DNA of 64,000 bases from Trichoplax adhaerens (Eukaryota > Animalia > Placozoa). Positions 53,491 through 64,000 of the stretch are shown here, piece after piece. A model generated the notes under the pieces. That model did not search any database and had not been told where the DNA came from. It was given only the letters and a program-made list of their open reading frames with translations. The stretch's first letter is position 1; each line of letters opens with the position of its first letter. The stretch covers positions 226,886 to 290,885 of the forward strand of contig NW_002060955.1 in assembly GCF_000150275.1 (NCBI RefSeq). Direction: 5' to 3'. The position numbers and the translations under genes are program-made.

Positions 53491-54720
53491 TAATCAAGAT
53501 TGAAAATTGTATAAGGTATTCCATTTTTCATATTATCTCAATACGTAGGTTGATCAATTAGGTTATTATCTTACCTTCAAATAACCAGCCTTCATAAATG
53601 ATTACAACAATAGAATAATAGATAAGATTCAATTAACGGTCCAACATCTTTTATTGACTTGATACAGTTAATATTTAACATTTGTATTTTATCTTCTCTA
53701 CTTTCAAATTTTTCCTTTTCAATTTTCTTTTCCATCCGACACTCAATACAGTACTATTATCCTAAATATCATTCCATCATTATCTAGCATCCAATCAATC
53801 ATATACCTAAGGTATCTTATAAATCTTTGTCGAGAATTTTTTTCTAAACTAGCAACTTACCTTATCATGCTCTACTATAATTTTTTTTTTCAATCGTGCA
53901 TTACACGGGAAATGATGGATTTACTACTGCCATAGTTGTATGAAAAAAAGAAATATCTTCTACGTTGTCTTAGACACGTTACTATTAACCTATTCGTCGC
54001 ATAGATTTCTGTCTTCAGTTCATTTTAACTGTCATATCCTGCTCTAATTTGACATCAATTCAATTATAATAGAAACTGCCTGTGATGATCAAATGAGATA
54101 TAAGAATTAATATTACAAGGTAGGTCGCTAAATCCTTGTACAATCCATGCTATAGATTTTTGAAATATACTTTTAGATGAAAACTGGGGTCTACTTCAAA
54201 TGGCTGAATATTTCCTGGTATTCAGTTAAAATGATACATTCTAAACGATAACTAAATAATTTTTACTTGATAATTGAAATTGAATATTCGTTAACAGCAT
54301 TATCTTGAATGTCATTCCTAACAGTCTTATTTTCATCCTTTTTCAATTTCTAACTGCCTCAGAAAATAATAATCTAACTTATTTTAATCAAGATCTACTG
54401 ACAGCATGAACCAAGCTATAATCAAGCTTACTGATTGAATCTAAATATCATTGAAAATAGGATATGATTAAGAATAAATAGTCAATAGAGTGATTTGTGG
54501 TGGAAAAAAACCAAGATATTAAAGGTAGGATAAATTCATGCATTATCAAGCTGTTAATAATGAAATAATGGATTGAAACAATTTTCCTTTTAATCTTCTG
54601 CTTGTCCACAATCAATACGATCTTTGAAGAAACTAATCTATTTGTTACTGTAGAAGCATTCCTTATCCTTTCTTTTCTTCTTTTAGGGCATATACTATCT
54701 GTACATCAGATATTATCATT

Positions 54721-54894
54721 ATGGTTAAAGCTTTGACTTTGAAAGTTCAATTTTACGATAACCGCGATATTTATTATCCCGGGCAAATTTTAGCCGGTTA
54801 TCTCGATACTGATATCAGAAGAGATGTCCAAATCAATTATATTTCAGTTCGGTTATTAGGCCAGGCTAATAGCTCACCGCCAATGGGAATGGTA

Positions 54895-54925
<31 letters not shown>

Positions 54926-57900
54926 GCGACAGAGATGATTATCAACGACGTACAAGCACGGTTAAATTGGATGAAAATCAATATCAAGCGTCCATCATCG
55001 ATCGAATAATTGTGCCTTGGGGTAAAGGTAAGAGAAGTTTATCATTCTTGCAGGATTGACCTTGATGAATACTATCATCAATTGAGGCTCAAATTCAATG
55101 TAACAGAATACTCTCCTTTCAAGCATTTAAGAAATTAAAATTTCTTTCTTCCAATTTGATTATGGTTGATTTTGATCCTAACAAATTGCTACTAATGCTA
55201 AAAGTAGCATCGATCAATTTTATCCGTTTCCTCTAAAAAGACAGGAAAATTAAATAGCCTTTACAATAAATCCTAAATCTACCCATTACTCTCTCTCTCT
55301 CTCTCTTCCTCCCTCCATCATGATAGGAATTAACAAAGATCAATTTCATATTTATGATTAGTATTGTACCTATTTAGGTGATATTCCCATGTTACTGCCC
55401 ATTTTACACCTAGAACTCGTAGGCGTTTACTAGTAATAATAATTTTATTAATTATTATTTCGTACTTTGGCTATTTTTTGCCATTTTTGAAATACTATCG
55501 ACTTAGTACGCATTACAGCAACCAATTAATACTTATTCTCATATTAGAGTCTAGACATTTCCAACGATGACTATCCATTTTTGAAGCCACCTTTGCACGA
55601 ATAGTTTGCATGAGGAGTGCTCTTGTATTGCCGTTGGAGCAGTTATTATATCATCCAAATTGAATTGTCCATTCATTTTCAAGCCTTTATAAATATTCTT
55701 ACACCATTCTACCGATATTCTACAGACAAGTTAAACAGGAACTTTATGGCTTGATGAATTGCAATTGTTGCAAATTGACTAATATAATTTGTAACATTCA
55801 AATGTGCCTTCGTACATTTCAACTGAAACTACAGTCAATATTGCACGTGATAGAAGGGATTTGATTAACTTTATTGCCGGAAAATATATTCATCATTTGA
55901 ATAAAATCTGTTCCGATTTTTTCTGATCTGCTTATATTGCCATCTTCATTCTGTAACTCTATTAAAATTGGTTTGGTGGTTGGTAATCATAATATTTGAT
56001 CTTTAAATACCAAAATCGGCTCGTCATCATTGCATGCAGATACAATAAACATTCTTCGAGTTAACTTACATCCAATACAGCTACTCTTACCTAATGTGTC
56101 AAAGGTATTTAACATCTTTATTTCTTACCTATACTATCAGTATATTCAATTAGTATACATTTCTCTCCACATGATCAGAGCATTCTATTCAAGATTGTGA
56201 ATACTTACTTTTATTACGGAATAATTGACTAGTGGCATGCTAGACTAGATTATGCTCTTCAATCAGAGCATGATATTCAAGATTGCAAGTTCTTTTCCAA
56301 AGCAATATATGGATAATACTGTCCTTGTTTAGTCATCTAGCTTATTTATTTAAAACCTCTATTAACATATTATAAAGTAAGATGCTTCACAGCATTCAAA
56401 ATCTTCCAATTCTAAACAAATGGAGCTAAATTCTAGCTCTAGTTTATGTTATCATTAATTTTAGGATGCTATATCTCTAACCTTGCAGTGATGTGTCATG
56501 GTTTTTCATTCTGCAAACTACTTTTTATGATGACAATTAACTTTACTTTTTATCACAAAAATTTCTACCATATTTTCAATTTCTACTATTGCTTTAACTA
56601 ATAATGGCGGAATATTCTACACCAATCCATTCTAACCTCTATTATCATAATTTAAGATCATAATACATTTATTCCCTGATTATTGTGGCATGATTTTTAA
56701 TATTGTATATGCATGTTAAGATTGCATGACAATTAAACTTTATTCTCTTACCCAGTAAATTTGACTTCTTCATTTTAAATCTCTACTACTGTATTAAAAG
56801 GCCATCAAAGATGTTAGGTATTCTAACATCTTCTAGACGTAGCCTTTCCTATCCTAATGTAAAAAGCTATATCTGTATTAATTATTACAGCAGAAATTTC
56901 CAAGATTGCAAATCCTTCCTAATTATACCATTACTTTCCTCCCATTTCTTAGAACTCTATCCCTATTTTGAACCTCCATTGTAGGACTAAAGGAGGTAGA
57001 ATAATCAATATTCTGATTTTCTATCTCAGTCTTCATAAAGTCAGGCTGTGAAGCCTCTGGCATTTTATTATCATGCTTCAACTTTTGCAATATACGAGCA
57101 TGTATGTAGCCATTACAAAAGCCCATTTTTCCTTTTTCTCCAAGACTGATCTTATGATTTTGAATCTCTTTTCTCAATCCTTTGCATGTGTATGCATATT
57201 TCAAATCCGTCTCTACTCTTTTAAGGCTCAAAATGGCAAAGTTTATTCGTTACTGTCAAGACTGCAGTCCTTGTATCGCTGACTATATTCGTAATTCATT
57301 TTTTCGAACTAGCTCTTCAAAGACCAAAAATGGCAAAGTACATTTATTACTTTTAGGACTGCGATACTTGTATCGCTGACTATATTCTACATAGTTCATT
57401 TTTTACTTTGAATTTCCTGCCTCAGTATTTTGCATCTTTACTTCGAATAGCTTTACTAATATAAGGCTAAAGATCGTGGGCTATTTAAAATTTTTAGTTA
57501 TCAAGTCTACAAAGCTTGTACTTGAATATGAAAACATTTGGCCATTTTTAGGACTTTATATTCTACTTTATACGACAATCGGTTTTAAATTTACAATCCT
57601 TTTTTTCATTTTAATTTTGGGACTTCATTACCGTTATCTATAATAATGATTCGAAAGGTCGAGGAGTTGTTCTCAATTAATTGTCTAGGCTTTGATTAGA
57701 GGTCAAAATAACATGCATATATTATTAATCTGCAACCTTTCAGTTCCTTTCCAAGTTTCATACCTTTGTTTTAAATTCTAACCTTAATTTGTGATACAGT
57801 TGAAGGCTAAAATTAAAAAATAGAATCTCATTCTCTCATTTCACATATTCATCCATTCTAATGAAAAAGGAAATGTCTTGCTATATCAATCTACATCTGC

Positions 57901-60900
57901 TATTCTCTTTTCATCTCGATATTTATATCTTCATTCCTCATCTTTCACTATATCCTCTTCCTAATTGCCGCATCTTTGTTCTACATATTGAGTATTATCT
58001 TCTTTTTCAACGTGTCACTAAAATGGAAAAATCTAACTTTATTTTCATCATTCTTTGTTTTCTATAGTTATAAGATGATATATTTGTCTCTATTCATTTG
58101 CACGTAGCTATTCTTAAATATTTCTGATACTTCTATCTTTATTTCAATGGCTTACTATTAGTTTCGAGGAACAAAAATAGACTAAAACTGAACATATCAG
58201 CTCAATTTCATTATTTTATGCTTTTATCACATACCAATAAGTAACATCCGCCATGTTAGTCTACACCAGCTGTTCTATAATATCCCGTTATTCGAAAGTC
58301 TACAGTTAGAGGATAAGGTTAGGGTTCGTATTTTAAATCTTTTTTCATTTCTTCTTTATAAACCTAAATATTAAGGATATAATATTCACTGATTGTCTTA
58401 TTCTTTTGTGATTCAACTAGTTAGATCAAGTTACTTTTGTAAACCTTTCTCTATATTTATCATCTACCTATTTTATGCTATTACAAGTACTGTTTATGTT
58501 GGTAGCGGTAACTAACATAACCATCTCCTCAATTATTTTTTCCTTCACCATTCAATCTCATGCTATCGAATTGATAACCATAAAATGTCTATCCATATCA
58601 TAGACATTTTAACATGACAATTACAAATAGATAGATAATAACTTTTCAATCCAAGATCAGCAATATCGTCCGAGTATCAGTTGTAAATGAATTTTAACTT
58701 GAAGATATTGATTAAAGTTGATGATATTTATATTTTAGCATTGATGAAAATAATACTTGGTATTTTAAAATATGTCATAACTTTCACTGAAATCAAATTC
58801 TAATCTGTATCATATAGTGAAATCGGAAATATCCTACCCGAAACTGCTAAAGTTTTTGAATAAAAACCACATGTCCTACTCAAATCATGCCACTCTATCT
58901 AGTAAAATTCATTAAATAATTAATTTCCGAATGTACAGTAAGGGACAACAACATTATTTCCATACCCACTATCAGAAATAATGATTTAATAGCTTTTTAA
59001 AACGATATGAATGATTAAAAGGCTTACATTGCGGTCTAATAATATGCTATTCCACAGTATTGCATTAAATCGATTTCCGCAATATATCAAAATTCTTTAT
59101 CTTAAGATGTATTTAATATAAATTAACTCTATAATACTACCTTTCTACTAGGATAAATTACAGCATTTTCTCCCATACTCTACATTATTAGTAACTATTT
59201 TAATTTTCTACATCTAAATTTTTGTTGAAATGAACTACTTACTAATGCAACTTACGATGATTAAATTATTACTGAGCTACTGACAGCTTCAGACTATTTT
59301 CCAAAATTTCAAACATCTATTCTATGCAAATCTGCTTTACTAATAAGTTTGGCACATTTCTGAAACTCTTTAATTTTTAAATGTAACTCACAATGACTTT
59401 ACATTATTAATATTTCTTATTATAATTTAACATACCTAATTTGCGCTGAATTAAACTGCTTACGGTGTAGCCGGCGATGACGAAGTTATTACTGCACTAC
59501 TGACAAGACAGGTGTTTAACTATTCCTGAACATCTTAAAATATTAAATATAACTTATAATGACTCTACATTTGTTATAAAGCAGCTTTTCAACAAGATCA
59601 CGTAATGTACGATCAATAAGTCAATTCCTTGAACCACGTATCAAGGAACGATATCTGCAACTATCAGCAGCACTTTTGCTTTACTTACAGACTGCACAAA
59701 GGCTTAGACGCCTCGTATTTTACGTTAAACACTAAGTTTAAGAATTAACTATATTATACGATATACTACATTTATATACTCTTCCTCAATAGTTCATGAG
59801 TCATAGTTAGTACGATTACTTTTGGAATCATTCACTGAGTATTTACGAACATAGACATCTGATGACTAATACAGAATAGTCAGATTACGATATGTCCTAT
59901 CACGGAACATTTCCACAATAATTTGCAATCTACCATAAGTAAGTTACAATCACAACGATTCGAACTGTAAGTAGATAATTCGCATTCCCTAATATATAGC
60001 TAATAATTTGAAAATATGTATATGTGCCACTGTCATAAAAAGGCAGTGCTATATTAAAACACAGCATAACCAAATTAGAAGTTAACTGTATAAGGATAGG
60101 CTGACAAAATTATCCTAAGATTGATTTTTCTACTCTAATAGAGTATATAACACTGTCACAACATTATTAATATTTTTAGAACTTTTCATATCCAATTTAT
60201 AGTAAATTAATTACGTACAGTGTAGCTTGTGACGATAAAAATTATTACTGGACTACTTACAAGACAAGTTTTAAATTATTTCTGGCCTTCCCAAAACTTC
60301 AAATACCTATCCTAAATTATTCAGCTCTGCTAACATCATAATATTCAATATACTGACTAAACCATTTACAGTTTAAGATGATAAAACTATCACAGTTTTG
60401 CTTAATCATCAGATGAACTAAAAAGTATTGCAAATATGGATCATAAATTACTTTATCTTGCTAGCATGTGCAAACTGCTTTAGGATGAAATATTTATAAC
60501 TCAAGAAGGTGAAATTACTTTTAGTTTTCTACTCTCGACATAAATTGTATACTCTTATCTGACCTATGCTATATTATACTGTTCCACTAATACACTTTAC
60601 AACTTCGATATCGAAAGATTGCCAACTAAACCACTTAAGCCACTATTTTCCGAATCACAGATGAAGTTCGATTATTTTAGGCAGTCCTATGGTTGCAAAT
60701 AATGATTATAGACTATTCAGTCTAGTTATTATTTTAAAAATCAAGCTTATTACATTCAAGTACATCCTAAGATTATGCGACGATTGCTTTGCTTAATTAG
60801 GACATAAATTTAGGGATAGCTACAGGGCTTGCTAATTTAAATAGCTATCATAAATAATTTATTTTCTTTTACTTATATTTTCTGGTAAGCTTTAAATTTA

Positions 60901-63629
60901 AAAGCCTGGTTATATGTACTAAACTACTTAGAGCCTGAAATGGAGCCAGCAACATTGTTTACAAAATGGAGGCTTAAATCTGAGTTATTTCAAACAGTCA
61001 CAGCAACAAGAATAGATTTAGAAAAAACAATGATTTCCCAACACCTTTAGCCTTGGCTAAATTCTAATTATTTAAATTTTATTTGATTTAAATTGATTAT
61101 TGCTATCTGTTCTTCCCAAATCAATCATAATGATGTTTAACGTAGTTGTGGTCTTCCATCTAGTATAAATCTAGTATAAATAAAACATCGATATCCTCAA
61201 AGGCAATAAAATTCCGACTAAAATCTTAAAGACCGACTGCGATCTTGCATCAATTTCTGGCGAAATATTCTAAAATGAGTTTTAAATGACAATTTCTATT
61301 TATGCTATCCAATGCCATTTAAATTAGCCACCTATGACTCATATTCAATAAATAATTTTTCTTTCCGCTTCTCAATAACGGAAAATAACCTTGAATTTGT
61401 TAACCATTTTATTATTGAACTACACCTATAATTATAATTAAAAGTAAGATCGCCATTTTTGCCAAAGATTCAATATATTATCAATATAGAAGAGAAATGG
61501 AAATGAATTCGAGATTAATGTTTTCCAAACACTGTTATTCCAGTACAATTAAAACGGAGCTAGTAGAAAGCATATCAAACGTTGGGAAATGTTGAGTAAT
61601 AATAAGTTTATTATATCATGTCCTATTTATTTTCATTTACGGCTAAAGTTGCTCATTCCTCATCATTTTAAGGCATTAAAAATGTCGAACCAAAGCATTT
61701 CTACTCATTTTTATGCTATACGATTATGATTTAGGGTCTTTTAGAATGAATGCAGTAACAGCTTTCGTATCCCATCTAATTCTTTAGCCCTTTTTTGGTC
61801 TTAAAGCTGCACTAAAATGAAAATTTTAATACCTATAGGTAACTTTGCAGACGATCAAAAGCCAATTCGACACGACATTTTAACTGCTGGACACCATAGA
61901 TTTCCTTTTGCATTTGTCTTACCCGAAGAAGGTTTACCATCCTCAGTCAAGGCTGGCTCCACATTTACCATCAATTATCAAATTTCAGCTACGATTGTTT
62001 TTCCTCATCGCCCTTCTTATACTGTGCATCAATCTTTTTTCATCTTTGAAGTAGTTGATGTTAATTTGCCACGTTATGTTGTAAGTCCTAATTTCATCCT
62101 GTTGTTGATTCTTATATCATTAAATATACTAACATTGATTGCTTGATACAATATAGAAATCATCTAAAACCGATACGAAAGAGATTAAAATATCCAAATT
62201 ATGCTGCCTGCATGGATCCATTCGAATAACGGCCTCAACAAATCATGTAGGATTTCGTCCAGGAGAACCAGTTTGCATGAATGTTAGAGTCCAAAATAAC
62301 AGCCACAAAATCATTCGTTATTTACGTGCTAAATTAATTCAAATCGTGGAAATTAAAGGTAGGTTAGAAAGGCAATAGTTTAATCTAATCAAATTACTTT
62401 AATTACAACTTAAAGAGAGCCGAAAAATAGGATAATGCTATTAATCCGAATTCATTCTATATCTGTCACTACATTTACTACCGTAATTTAATATGGTACA
62501 TCCGACGGTTAGCGAAATTAAAGCAATTTAACCGCACTATCGAGCATATTTGCTCGGAAAAACATTCTATCAAATCAATCGTTCAAGATGAAGAACTTAT
62601 ATGGGAAAAGGAACCTTTACAAATACCTTCAGTGCCTCCAACGGTGAATTCATGTCCTGCAATTAGCATTAATTACGCTGTTGAAGTAAGTAGCACAAAT
62701 AGGATATACTATTTACCGTAATTTCATTAGAATCACGCCTTTTTTCTCGCCTTTTTTCTCGACACTGTCTTCTATTCCATGTTAATAACTAGCATATTAG
62801 CTATCGCTGATTTTACATTTACTTGTAAATAATTTTTGGCTCAAGCCGGAAGCTAGCATACGGTAGTAGCGTAGTTGATGATGATCCAAAATGGCCAAAG
62901 TAGATCATTCGTTCAGAATAATTTCTAAATACTACCTTATAGCTATACTGTCCTTTCAAAATGCGCCAAGAGTATCCAAGATTAATCGTAATCGCTATTA
63001 GTCGAATTGTTTGCTAATAAAGCAATTATATGATAACTAGTGTATAATTAAACAGATTATAACACCCATTTACTACACTTAAGTATAAATTTTATTCTAG
63101 CTCAAAACTATAATGCATCGTTTTTTTTCAAATAGAAGCTATATTTAAAATCATAATAGAGGCAAAGTATATCATTCTCTCGGGAATAAATTATAAGGGA
63201 TATCGATTAAAGGAATGAATTTTGTGCCTTTTATTGTAGATACAGGCAGTCTTGCCACGTAAATATCATCTAGTCGTTCGAATTCCGATCACTATTGGCA
63301 CAGTTCGGTTATTTATAAATACTTCTGCATCGGTTACTGCCTATCGCTCCGGAGTAGACACAAATTGTCGTCTAGGTAAGTTATAAACTAAACCAGATTC
63401 ATTTTTATTAGCAGGAGTTATAAACAGATCAAATTAATATGCCAAATTACTTACTCAATATATTATGTAAAGTACTATCAATCATTAAATAACTGCTATT
63501 GCTCTTCTTAAACACTTGATAGATGGTTCTGAATCCGTTAAACAACAACTTAAGGGTACTATTAGTGATGCCGTTGCATTTAAAGACGTTGAGCTCGATT
63601 TTAATGAACGTCGTCAAGCTTCTCTTTAA
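54721..63629 (+). CDS. Alpha-arrestin paralogue 7; exons 54721-55027, 61839-62080, 62157-62358, 62513-62685, 63240-63375, 63523-63629; ~388 aa; poly-Asp loop, tail RRQASL
   Basis: Spliced 1167-nt open CDS. Motifs: IYYPGQILAG, GHHRFPFAFVLPEEGLPSS, LCCLHG, GFRPGE, IPSVPPT, IPITIGTV. Joining across the 6.8-kb intron 1 is supported by the conserved phase-1 WGK|G junction and the absence of another exon 2. Confidence 0.88.
54895..54924 (+). repeat. (GAT)10 coding microsatellite encoding poly-Asp
   Basis: Ten consecutive GAT codons in exon 1 of arrestin 7. Confidence 0.95.
55289..55306. repeat. (CT)n microsatellite in intron 1 of arrestin 7
   Basis: Run of ctctctct... Confidence 0.85.
57228..57390. 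repeat. ~97-bp imperfect tandem duplication in intron 1 of arrestin 7
   Basis: aaatggcaaagt at 57231 and 57328; tgtatcgctgactatattc at 57272 and 57369. Confidence 0.85.
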
Positions 63630-64000
63630 TTTGCATGGCAGAAAAAACTATCATTAGCTGTATCATTTTCTGTTTCTAAGCTAATTAAATACAATGCTTT
63701 GATAGGCAATGTCATATTAAGTCTTTACTTATCATTATTGGCATAGCGATGTAAAATTTCACTTTGTAAAGTAAATTTCTGAGTTTTCTATGAGCATTGA
63801 TAATGCGTTCGTAAACAAGAATGCAATTAGCTGCGCTAATTAGTAAAAGATGCAGGAATTTATATCGAATTTATAACAGTTGCAATCCTTTAATTTGTTG
63901 CAACTATAATAACTAATCTTGCGTGCATATTATTAAGGATAGACTCTGATCTCAATGACTGCAATTTTGTGATGATACCGTAACTATAATTGGAATTGAT

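Noticed and set aside
63618-63626. Arrestin 7 C-terminus ASL as a PTS1 or class I PDZ ligand
   Set aside because: No basic residue at -1 for PTS1 and no S/T at -2 for class I PDZ.
3-63629. Assigning symbols such as ARRDC3 or TXNIP
   Set aside because: One-to-one orthology cannot be established by eye; the copies appear lineage-specific.

Overview
AT-rich, intron-containing eukaryotic (animal-like) DNA. Short GT-AG introns, low GC and gene style suggest a basal metazoan such as the placozoan Trichoplax; this is inference only. The supplied ORF track mostly shows exon fragments. Manual splicing reconstructs a tandem array of seven intact alpha-arrestin (ARRDC/TXNIP-like) genes of about 349-421 aa. 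All share the same intron positions and phases (1,0,1,0,1; one paralogue lacks exon 6). They differ strongly in the N-domain variable loop, the Cys cluster and the C-terminal tail (PPxY, PDZ-type, or 14-3-3-type). Embedded between arrestins 6 and 7 is a 4-exon, four-transmembrane MS4A/CD20-like gene whose tail also carries a PPxY motif. Next to it lie an orphan paralogous exon and what look like several decayed rhodopsin-class GPCR pseudogenes. Several local tandem repeats (151, ~125, ~205, ~97, 30 bp units) are present. No RNA genes, CRISPR arrays or intact mobile elements were recognised.
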